Positions 10,316 to 20,000 of a DNA stretch of 20,000 bases are shown one piece after another. The position numbers were made by a program, and so were the translations under genes. The DNA is from Chromera velia (taxonomy: Eukaryota). The notes below the pieces were generated by a model. It searched no databases, was not told where the DNA came from, and was given only the letters and a program-made list of their open reading frames with translations. The stretch is taken from the NCBI GenBank assembly GCA_018398765.1, contig JAHBMJ010000046.1, positions 116,984-136,983 on the forward strand. Direction: 5' to 3'. How positions within the stretch are numbered: the first letter of the stretch is position 1; every line of letters starts with the position of its first letter.

Positions 10316-10846
10316 TCATATCCCAGATTCCTTTCTGAGGGGCCCTTCTAGAGCCTTGAACATGCTCTATAAGAAGGCGGGGTCTTCCTTCGACATGTTG
10401 AAGGAGCAACCTCGAGGGTGGAGTTGGCGGTCCGGGTGTTGCACGAAGAGTTTCCTGTCAGAAAGCCTTCTGCAAGTCTCGGTTTCTCTTAGACTCCGGC
10501 AAAGCAAGATCAACCACCAACACTTTGTAAGCAATACTTCTGATACTGTAAATTCTTCTTCTGTTGGGTCACGTTGGGTACTCTAAGAGGTAAGGTAATT
10601 GAATGAAAAGTCTGAAAGTCCGTCAATCTCGTCGATTTTTTTTTCTTCAGGGTTGTTTGGATACACTTGCACTTCGGGAGACGGGTGGACACGCATGCAA
10701 CTGCAATTCTTTACACATCTGCACGTGGCGCTGCCTTTCAAAACACCGCCCGCGCCTGCGGCGCGGCCGGTTAAGACACTGCCCACGCCTGTGGCACGGG
10801 CCTTCAAGATACCGCCCACGCCTGCGGCGCGGGCATTCAAGCCCAT
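10316..10846 (-). pseudogene. Possible decayed ORF (177 codons, two internal TAG stops)
   Basis: Frame from ATG 10846 to TGA 10316 is interrupted only by TAG at 10585-10583 and 10369-10367. It is a GC-richer island inside the AT-rich block and begins with an 11-aa repeat. Confidence 0.3.
10745..10841. repeat. 33-bp GC-rich tandem repeat, about 3 copies
   Basis: Units start at 10745, 10778 and 10811 (consensus ACCGCCCACGCCTGCGGCGCGG...TTCAAGA). Confidence 0.9.
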
Positions 10847-13100
10847 CTAAAAATGCGGCCCCACCATTCAAGTGGATCTGAAGTTTAGGGAGGTAGTAAA
10901 AAAATTAAAGCTTTGTAAACACTAGCTAGTTTAGCTATGCATAAGTGCTAGCATAAGTGATAATAAGTGACTCGGATACTAGTTTGAATAACTGATTTAT
11001 TCTTGCCCTTAAGCACTGTCACCGTTTTCTCTTGTAGAGGTTGCCCCCGGCCCCCCGTAAAAGGCAGGGACGTTTCTCCTATATTTTCAAATTAATAATT
11101 CTAGTAAAATACGGTTAAATACCGTATAATTTCAAAATTCAGGGGGTCAATTACGGACCCCAAAGTTATGCTATCCAAGTAAGTCTTAAAGTCAAAATAG
11201 AGATTCAAGTAACAGATACGTATAACATACGTATAATATACGATATTTATACTTTTATTAGTCTTTTAAAATACTCTGGCATCTAGTCTACTATATATGC
11301 ACACAAATTTGAAAGTGTTAGCAATTGATGGAACCATTTTTTTTCAAGTTTGATATCTTCCAGTTCAAAAGCTATGATTCTTGCCAACACCTATCAACAT
11401 CGTTTTATCTAGCAATGAGATTAAAACATCCCATACCACTATACAAAATGATGTGCCGGATTAGTTGATTCATTGCCAGACAGATGGGCACACGACGCAC
11501 CTAGCGAGGCATACCCTTCTTCTCTAACAAAATCGCTCTGTTCGTCTTCATCGTTTCCAAGAATTCTTTTCCGTGGAGAGACTGCAGGACACCTTCGCTG
11601 TAAGACACGAAAAGAGACCACACAGAAAGGACCAAAGCTACAGTCTGGCACACAGCGAAAATCGAGTCAAAGTCTGCAATAAATGCAAGAATAAAGAACA
11701 GAGATCGAGTGACACACACACCAACTACATGGAGCAACGACGGTGAAGAACATCTCTCTCGGACGTCCCGCTTCCTCGATCGTTTTGATGCAAAACACAA
11801 AAAGGAGACAGGCAGATGAGAAGACCCAGGGAGATACACTCAAGAACTGATCCTGTCATTGAAGCATGCACGCATGTCGACATGGATCGGCGCTTCCGCA
11901 TCTGACCAAATGAATCTGCATCGACCAGCCAGTCAGCCAATCAAGAAAGAGGAAGAGAAAGGCTGCGCGGGCTTTTCCCGTCACACTCCCCTCCCTCTTT
12001 CTCTAAAGTATTTCGTTTTTTCTATCTTCTCATCATTCAGGACCACCACCAGCACTGCGTGACAGAAACGTCCGCCTGCGCATTCTTTTTCCGCACCTCA
12101 CTTGAACAAATGCCCCTCTTCACAGTCAAGCAGAAGGAGTATGACAGACATACCATACCCTCCTGGAAAGGGTGCACCAGAGGTCAGACAACTTCATCCA
12201 AATGAAATGCAGTGAATGCTTGCAGAGCGAGCAAGCAACTGCGATCATACAAACGACGGGGTAAAAAAAACGGAAAAAACACAGTCCCAAATATCGGTGT
12301 TCACTCAACTTAAGATTGCAAGGACACGAACACTGTGTGTCTGGCTGCACGTCTTTACCTGCCTGCATGGAGTCAAAGGTGCCTCCCTCCCCTCTTCGCT
12401 TGACTCTGTCTTGTGATGGCGCAAAGAGAGGGGGGGAAAGGTAGCCTCGACAGTTTGGCGGCTTCACAGAGGGTTCTTCGATGGAAGTTCGTTCTTTCAT
12501 TCCTACTTGTGGGCTTTCTTTCTAATCTCGCCTCCATTCTGTGCATTAATTTGTTTGTCTGTCTGCCTGATGCTACTCTTCATTGGAAATTGCCTTGGAG
12601 CGGCATAGAAGGGAAAACGGGGTGGGGTTTGTCTCAGCTTTAATTACTGGCGATTTGTTATATGAATACAATTTCCCGATCCCTCTTTCCTTTCCCTCCC
12701 TCCCTGCTCTTGCTTGCAGGAAACACCAAAGACCAGATGCACTCGACACAATCGGAGGGAAGAAGAAATGGCAACGCTTTCATCTTTTCTCCTCGACCCC
12801 GCCCGATACCCCAAAGCTCAGGTGCCGTCTCAGTTGTGGTCCCTCCGGGACAGGAGCAGGCGGTTCTTTGCTGCACAAAGAAAGTGGCACAAAGAAAGGC
12901 TGACAGACAGACAGACGAAAGTCTTTCTTTTCCCTCCAGACAGACAGAAAGACATATACAGAGGCAGACAAAAAAAAGAAAAGAGAAGCCATGAAATAAA
13001 AGGGACCGGGAAAGACAACCATTCACTACGAGAACTGGTGAGGCGACGGAGCGAAAAAAGGTGTCTTCGCTGCACTTGCACGAGAGTAAACACAGGCCTC

Positions 13101-15158
13101 CTACGGGGCTGAAAAGAAAAGTTCCGCGGATAGGCAGACTGCACATGCGAGCAGGAGCGCAGAAACAAAGGAAGAGGACGGTGGAAAGAAACACAAAATG
13201 CGAAGGGGGGAGGAGAAGATAAGAGGGGGGGAGAGACGCTCACCTGCAGGCTCTATTTCGTCATCAACCGCATGCTCCTCAGCCTCCTCAGAGGACAGCC
13301 GACGACCATACAGACGCGGCCCAAAGAACCGTCTGTACCCCCAGGCGAACGGGCCCCTTCTGTAGGGGTGGATGCCGTCGTGCCAGGCGTAGGGGAAAAG
13401 CGGCCGTCTCCCCCACTGGAGTTTCCGGGGGGCTGCACGCAAGTGAACAATCGGACAGACAGACTGTATGACTTCACTTTCTTCAGACGGACAGACAGAC
13501 CACGTGTTCCTTCTTCTCCCTTCTTTTCTTCATGCCGACAGACAGACAGACAAACAGCCAAACAGACAGACAGACAAAGGGACAACCATAAGAGGGGAAC
13601 AGACATCGAAAAAGGCTCTCCACAAAACCTCAAAAGATCACATTTCGAATGCACAAAGAATCAAGTAAGAAACAGACTGACAAAAAAAACAACTGACAGA
13701 GAAAAGGACGGAGGGAAGGAGAGAAAGATAGACAAGATAGCCAAGAAGGATGAGAGACGTCTCAGCCAATGAACACCAGTACAGGAGAAAGTGCAGAATA
13801 TTGAGTTGTCAACAAAATGGGCAAACAAGATACTGGATGCAAGCGGTTCACGTTCGATGCACACGCGGAATGAGGCGTGTAAAAGAAACAGACAAAGGGA
13901 GGGGGGGGGATGGAGGGGGGGCAGGGGAGGGGAGAAGATAAGAGGGGGGGAGAGACGCTCACCTGCAGGCTCTATTTCGTCATCAACCGCATGCTCCTCA
14001 GCCTCCTCAGAGGACAGCCGACGAGCATACAGACGCGGCCCAAAGAACCGTCTATACCCCCAGGCGAACGGGCCCCTTCTGTAGGGGTGGATGCCGTCGT
14101 GCCAGGCGTAGGGGAAAAGCGGCCGTCTCCCCCACTGGAGTTTCCGGGGGGCTGCACGCAAGTGAACAATCGGACAGAGAACGAAGGAAAGGGCGATCAT
14201 GAGAGGGTAACAGAGAACGCACTAGGGGAAGGTGTGTCTGCAGACATTCAGGTGTTCGAGAGAATCTGAGGGATGAAATTCGATGAAATTAAAGCTCTCA
14301 AAAAGGAAGCCTGAAGAAACGTTGGCAGCAGAGACCAAGGCTGGCACTGAAGCAGAACAGATTGAAGGATAAACAGAGAAACAGACAGACAGACATCCCG
14401 TCAAAGAGACGCCACAACGCGAAGAATCCAAATGTGAAGAAAGAAGGACACAAAAGGCAAAGAAAGTCCCTCCTTACTGTACACACCTGCAGAGTCTGGA
14501 GAAGAGTGAGGTGCGTGCGAGGACGTTTCGTCCGTTTTTTCCTTTTTGGTATCGACTTCTTCATCGTGCTTTTCTTCTTTTTCTTCTTCGTCTGGTACAG
14601 CGGTCAGGTCGACCTCGTCAACAATCTCCCAGGTGACGACGGGTACAAGCACCTTCCCGTCCTCTAGCATCACAGGCTGGAGGAAGGATGCTTCATCTTC
14701 TTCTAAGTTGTCGCCATCCTGCGATGTGTCATTGAGAGAAGAGGGGGGGTGGATGTGGGAAGGGCGAGAAGCTGAAGGGGTCGAAGGAAGGGGTAGAGGG
14801 GAGGGGTGGAAGGCGGGTGGATAGGGGAGAGTGCTACAAAAGGCGGGGAACGAGAGGGAACGGAAGATGATCCGGGAAGATGGAGCAAAACGTCTGGTTT
14901 ACAATTTGACCGACTGACGTCATAAACATCCATGGCATAGAGATCGTCATCCTCGAAATCGCTCTCAGTCGGCTTGATTTGGGGTTGCTGCAAGTGGGCT
15001 GAGGGCTGCTGCGGAGCCGTCTCTGTCGTCTCCGGCTTCGCTGAAGCAGGAGCGGGAGCTGCTTGTGTTTGCAGCTCAGATATTCCGTCTGGTTTCTCCC
15101 CGAGGGAGTAGTGGCACAGAGCCAAGAAAAGAATGGGGGTGAGCGATTTGCTCAACAT
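13101..15158 (-). CDS. Secreted protein / putative repeated-peptide precursor (about 285 aa)
   Basis: Exons 15158-14919 (MLSKSLTPILFLALCHYSLG signal; GAC|GTCAGT), 14718-14487 (acidic; G|GTGTGT), 14151-13963 and 13432-13244 (both TGCAG| acceptor, G|GTGAGC donor), and 13108-13101 (TTTTCAG|, AP-stop). All junctions are phase-consistent; the last exon is least certain. Confidence 0.75.
13212..14178. repeat. 248-bp direct duplication (13212-13459 and 13931-14178) covering a whole exon and its splice signals
   Basis: Copies are offset by 719 bp. Only two differences were seen: one synonymous Tyr codon and one Ala/Gly change. Confidence 0.95.
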
Positions 15159-15515
15159 GATGCCACGTGAGAGAGCGCTCCAACGAAACAGATATGCCAA
15201 GGTGAGAACACGCCTTATCAGTCTGCAATATCAGATTCTTTGAGGTCCACAGAGGAGCCACTGCAATGTGTGACAGCTGAAGATCAGCTCACAAGTTGTA
15301 CAGGAAAGTCGCTGCTCTGGTGTGAGAGTGTCGTTTCCGATTGTTGGCGTTTAGAAACAAAATCAAGACTCTTGATTCAGAAGACTGCCCTCTTCGCAGT
15401 CCTTCGATATGATCTTTCATCTTTGGCAACCGGCATGGCACCAGGTCCCACGTGTGATGGACCGCCGGCGCGGCCGCGCTGGAGAGTTTTCCGGGGCCCC
15501 AGTCCCGGGCCCCAA

Positions 15516-15580
15516 ATCGCGCCTGACACCGGTCCAGGAAAGGGGACCGTGCGTATCCCTTCCAAGCGGACCCTCGGCCA
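15516..15580. repeat. Dispersed GC-rich repeat, part A (copy of 19846-19910)
   Basis: 64 of 65 bases identical to 19846-19910. Confidence 0.95.
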
Positions 15581-15729
15581 TCTTGAATATGATGTAGGCC
15601 CCTGTCTATCTCTATTACTGCCCGTTGATGTCTGCCTGTTTGTGCTCCAAAATAAAGAAAAGAAGGAAAAACCTTGTAAGAGGATGTTTGTGGCTGCCTG
15701 TGTGTGTTTTTTTTTCTTTCTCTTCTATT

Positions 15730-15795
15730 GCTCTCTCTCTCTCTCTCTTTCCCCCTCTCTCTCTCTATGTGTTTCTCTCTCTCTGTTCCCCCCCC

Positions 15796-15849
<54 letters not shown>

Positions 15850-15870
15850 TCTCTTTCTCTCTCTTTCTTT
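15730..15870. repeat. (CT)n microsatellite tract
   Basis: Directly visible, with a pure run at about 15799-15842. Confidence 0.95.
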
Positions 15871-16369
15871 CCCTCCTTCTCTGTGAAAACTCTTCCGGTT
15901 GACCTTTTTCTATTTCCCTGGGTCCCACTTTCAGTTCTCTCAAAAACCTTCACACTCAAGGTAACCGTTAAGGTTAAGGTAGAGAGCGATAGAGAGGCAC
16001 ATGAAAGAGCGAATAAGCGAGAAGTCAAACCAAGATCGACTTTGTATCGGGAAGTTAATGACTATCCTTTTCCATATTTTTGATCTCTCAAGCCTTTCTT
16101 CCTTTTCTTTCTTTCCTTCTCCTTTTCCTTTTCTTTCTTACTTTTATTGTATGACTCACCTTATTTTTCACGTTGTTTTTGTTTCCTTCTTTCTCTACTC
16201 ATTGCTCTCTCTTTCTCTCTATTTTGGCTAGTACTTTGGAGAGAAACAAAAAGAAATTATACTGGGTTTCTTTGGGTAGAATAAAGTGAAGGAAGAGAGG
16301 GAAAAGAGAACGGAAGAGATGCGAGAAGAAACAGGTATAAAAAAAAGAGGAGGGGGGCGTTCTTTCACC

Positions 16370-16443
16370 TTGTTGTCTTTCTTTTTCTCTTTATTCCTTT
16401 TATTCTTTCTTTCTTTCTTTTTTTCTTTCTTTCTTTCTTTTTT

Positions 16444-16483
<40 letters not shown>

Positions 16484-16939
16484 TTTTTCTTTCATTCTTT
16501 CATTCTTTCCTTCTTTCCTTCTTTCTTTTTTTCCTTCTTTCTTTCTTTCTTTTTTTCTTTCTTTCTTTCTTTCTTTCTTTCTGTTATCTTTTTCTTTCTT
16601 TCTTTCTTTCTTTTTTTGTTTGTTTCTTTCTTTCTTTCCGTGTTTTTCTTTTATTCTTTAGTTTTCGTGTCTTAATTTTTTCTTCCTTTCTTTCTTTTTT
16701 TCTTTTTTTCGTTCTTTTTTTCTTCCTTTCTTCCTTCCTTTCTTTCTTTCTTTCTTTTCTTTTGTTCTTTCTTTCTTTCTTTCTTTTTTTTTTTTCTTTC
16801 GTTTGTTCATTCGTTCGTTCGTCGACTTTTTCTTTTCTTTTCCCAAAGCATTATGCCTGCATTTTATTTTTCTCTGCATGGTCCTTGTTTCTTTTAATAG
16901 TTTGCTTCATGCTGTCGGTCTTTCTTTCTTTCTTTCTTC

Positions 16940-16973
<34 letters not shown>

Positions 16974-17150
16974 GTCTTTCTTTCTTTCTTTCCTTTTTTC
17001 TTTCTTTCTATCTTTCTTTCTTTCTTTCTATAGTTTTGCTTCCCCTATTTTAGCTTCTTCGTTCTCTTCCTTTCTCTTTCTTTCTTTCTTTCTTTCTTTC
17101 TTTTTTTCTTTTAGTCTTTCTTTTCTTCCTTATTTCTTTCTTTCTTTCTC

Positions 17151-17189
<39 letters not shown>

Positions 17190-17198
17190 GTCTGTCTG

Positions 17199-17238
<40 letters not shown>

Positions 17239-17455
17239 TTTTTCTTTCTTTCTTTCTTTCTTTTTTTCTTTCTTTGTTTGTTTCATTCTTTCTATAGTTT
17301 TGCTTCCCCTATTTTAGCTTCTTCGTTCTCTTCCTTTCTCTTTCTTTCTTTCTTTCTTTCTTTCCTTCCTTCTTACTTGCTTTCCTTTTTCTTTTTTTCC
17401 TCCTCTTTTCCTCCTTCTTTTTTTCTTTCTTTCTTTCTTTTTTCCTTTTTTCTTC
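16370..17455. repeat. Long (TTTC)n polypyrimidine low-complexity region
   Basis: About 1.1 kb of degenerate TTTC repeats, including an internal duplication 17022-17100 / 17286-17364. Confidence 0.95.
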
Positions 17456-18545
17456 AATCAGGGGTTTTTCCCTCAATGTCCTTGGAGGTTTCCCCCTGAG
17501 GCGCTGTGAGGGGAGGGGGAAAAACGATATGCAGGGAGATAGAAGGAAACGAGGGCGTTCCAAATTACTTGCAACGCCAAGAAATCGGCGACTGTTTCTT
17601 CCGGGGGCCAAAACAAAAGTTTTCGGTTGGCTGTATGCGACAGCCAAGCAGGTTGGTATATTTAAAAATCAGGCTGGAAATGGTTGTCAAACCTTCCCTG
17701 GCTCTTGTTCTGGTTAGTAAGGGTGGGGAAAGAGAAGGAAGGAAGTAAACTAACCGAACAAAAATAAGGAGTGAGAAAAGCTGAAAAGGGGAAGAAAAAG
17801 CCAGGTTTTTTCCCTCATTGATTAAAAGAGGAGGTTTTTTTCCTGGCTGCAGTCTGAGACCGCCGTACTTGAAAAAAAGGTGGTCAGCATGGCATGTCAG
17901 TGGTATAGGTAGGGTACGAATGGGTGAGGTGGGAGAGAATGAGACGCAATAAAGGAACCGCTAACATGCTGAGGGCCGAGGAACCACTGGAGGGCTCGGA
18001 ACTACAGTCAAAGTACTGGGCAGTAGATCTGGTTTTCTTTGGGTAGGATGAAGAGAACAAAAAGAGAGGAAAGAGAACGGAAGAGAAGGGGAAAGAGAGA
18101 GATACAAAAAAGAAGGAAAGGATGGTGATGGATGGGGGGGTGGGGGTGCTCCACAGTGCTGCGGCGACTGATAAAACGCTAGACTTGGTCGTTTCGTTAG
18201 TCTAGCGTTAGATAGTGCACAGCGGACGACTGAGAGGGGAGAGGCGGGAGAGACCTCAGGCATGGCAGGAATATCTCAGGCTGTCATGTCATGTAGTAGG
18301 GTGGACTTTAAAGCTGTGACAGTCAGACAGACCTGCCATGTGGCAGAGGCAGAGGCGGGGGAGAGGTATAGCTAGGAAAGTATGTTTAACATCCTGCATG
18401 ACTGAAGTTTTACCAGACTGCCTCAGTAGGAGGGGGAGCAGACATGCATATGGGGTATGGGACTGATTTGGTGAAGTGTATCCTAGTGGATAGTCACAGC
18501 CCCGTGGTGGACGAGAGTCTGCCGACAAGACAAGACAAGACAAGA

Positions 18546-18629
18546 CCGCCTTATTTGAACCTGCATAACGGTAGTTGATCGGCCGGCCGCTACCACTGCC
18601 ACGTCGGGGGATGTCCTCCCCGTCCCCCA
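18546..18629. repeat. Dispersed GC-rich repeat, part B (copy of 19917-20000)
   Basis: 78 of 84 bases identical to 19917-20000; preceded by (GACAA)4 at 18524-18543. Confidence 0.95.
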
Positions 18630-19439
18630 TAGTCCCCCACATTTAATTTACCTACCGCCACTACGAAGTTTGGGGACGTTACAAATAGGGTGGCAGGGGC
18701 GATGTTGGGCCGACCAAGTGCATGGTGTATCCAAATTAACGCATGCATGGATTGATCAATGCATGCTAATGTGTTCTGCTGTATATGTGTGCAGGTCATA
18801 CGTTTCAAATACAGAGAAGACACCTGGAGAACAGAGCTGGGATCTGAATGTAAGTCTGTGAAGATGTGCTATTTTGGTATGACTTTCCATCGTGTGTGTG
18901 TAAAGGGTGCGAGGGAAGAGATTACAAATTTAAAGAAGAAAAAAGCAATGGTGGGCAACAGAGGCCTGAATACATACGAAAACATGAGACTTCAGAAAGC
19001 TTCTCGGACGTCACAGAGAGAAGATTTTCAGCTATCTATTCATTCAAAGCTGTGTTGTTCTGTAGTCTATATATTTTTCTGAACGAGTTCCGACAGTTAG
19101 ATCCTCGAAAGGTCGCCTTTTTATGCACCTTTTTTCATGTATTGCTTTATCTCTGAGTAGGGGGAATCAAAACAACGGTCTGTGATCTGGTTTTTTTCAC
19201 TCCTTTTCTAAAATAAAAATGTCATGATCTCTGTGTATGGCCCATGTGCCTACGTGTGAGTGAGTGGAGAGGCAAACAGGTGTATCTTCTCGAATGTGTG
19301 CACCCTCCCATATAGACCGATTGCACGGCATGTATACACACTGTCTATAACTATATAGACGGGTATAGATGTCTGCGTCTATCTCCTTGTCTCTCTCTTC
19401 AGCTCGCTTCAGCTTCTTTCCTTGCGTGAGTAAGTAAAT

Positions 19440-19449
19440 GAGTGAGTGA

Positions 19450-19482
<33 letters not shown>
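19440..19482. repeat. (GAGT)n(GT)n microsatellite
   Basis: Directly visible. Confidence 0.9.
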
Positions 19483-19845
19483 ACATACTGTGTATGTGTA
19501 TATGAAATTATGTGTGTATGCATAGATATGTGTGCATAACCACAATGTGTGTTCCCGTATGTGCTTACAGGTATTTGAACATTTTGATCTAGGAGAGACC
19601 TTGGAGAACGTGAGTTTCATGTACACTTTTGCATGTGTCTACTTGTATGCGCGTGTACTTCACTCTGAAAAGTGTGTATGATGGTCTGTCTTTGTGAATG
19701 CCCCTCCGTCTTTATCCTGCAGTCTGCATGAGAGTGTGTGTTTATGTTCTAGGTATGTGTTTGTCTGTCTCTCTTTCTTTCTGCCTACCATCGTCTGCTC
19801 TCTTTCTTGTCTGTCTGCCTGTCTGCCGCTGCCTGCCTGTCTGCC

Positions 19846-20000
19846 ATCGCCCCTGACACCGGTCCAGGAAAGGGGACCGTGCGTATCCCTTCCAAGCGGA
19901 CCCTCGGCCACCGCCGCCGCCTTATTTGAACCTGCGTGACGGTAGTTGATCGGCCGGCCGCCACCACCGCCACGTCGGGGGACGTCCCCCCCGTCCCCCA
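19846..20000. repeat. Contiguous A+B copy of the GC-rich dispersed repeat, running off the window end
   Basis: Parts A and B are adjacent here, separated only by CCGCCG. Confidence 0.9.

Larger units (their letters stand above)
9519..11430. mobile_element. AT-rich, TpA/CTAG-enriched block; probable decayed repeat or transposon relic
   Basis: Composition shifts abruptly after the hemF stop. About 18 CTAG counted by eye in 1.9 kb versus roughly 8 in the first 8 kb. No intact ORF; no terminal repeats or transposase motifs recognised. Confidence 0.4.

Noticed and set aside
10745..10841. CRISPR-like periodicity
   Set aside because: Head-to-tail 33-bp units with no unique spacers, eukaryotic context and no cas genes.
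11101..11161. Two small hairpins (ATACGGT/ACCGTAT, GGGGTC/GACCCC) near a CTAG as a Helitron 3' end
   Set aside because: Spacing and flanking base do not fit the Helitron rule, and CTAG is common in this block.
11440..13100. Short ORFs between the AT-rich block and the secreted-protein gene
   Set aside because: No consistent exon chain or domain; likely UTR or intergenic.
14312..14347. Possible extra 36-nt exon (VPALVSAANVSS) in the secreted-protein gene
   Set aside because: Needs a poor GC donor, and the flanking exons already join in phase without it.
15520..15580. Hammerhead or HDV-like ribozyme in the GC-rich repeat
   Set aside because: CTGA and GAAA are present, but the CUGANGA core and the required stems are not.
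15625..17499. Phe/Leu/Ser-rich and Lys/Glu/Arg-rich ORFs that look like membrane or coiled-coil proteins
   Set aside because: Translations of (CT)n and (TTTC)n microsatellites.

Overview
Eukaryotic, intron-rich genomic DNA. The (GACA)n/(TGTC)n intronic repeats, an alveolate-style CCCH finger and a signal-peptide+Phe plastid leader suggest a chromerid alveolate such as Chromera (inference). Three genes can be modelled by hand. (1) A 7-exon minus-strand gene (7454->2534, about 1240 aa) for a mostly disordered RNA-binding protein with an extended CCCH zinc finger, a PAM2 motif, PPG motifs and RGG tracts. (2) A divergent, intronless, plastid-targeted oxygen-dependent coproporphyrinogen III oxidase (hemF, 8283-9518) of an atypical type. 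(3) A 5-exon minus-strand gene (15158->13101, about 285 aa) for a secreted protein built like a peptide precursor: signal peptide, acidic pro-region, then a tandemly duplicated symmetric 189-nt exon encoding a cationic aromatic peptide between RKL and RRL sites. The rest is an AT/TpA-rich decayed block (about 9.5-11.4 kb) and a repeat-rich region (15.4-20 kb) with microsatellites and a split GC-rich repeat carrying one-directional C->T/G->A changes. All exon models are manual predictions without transcript data.
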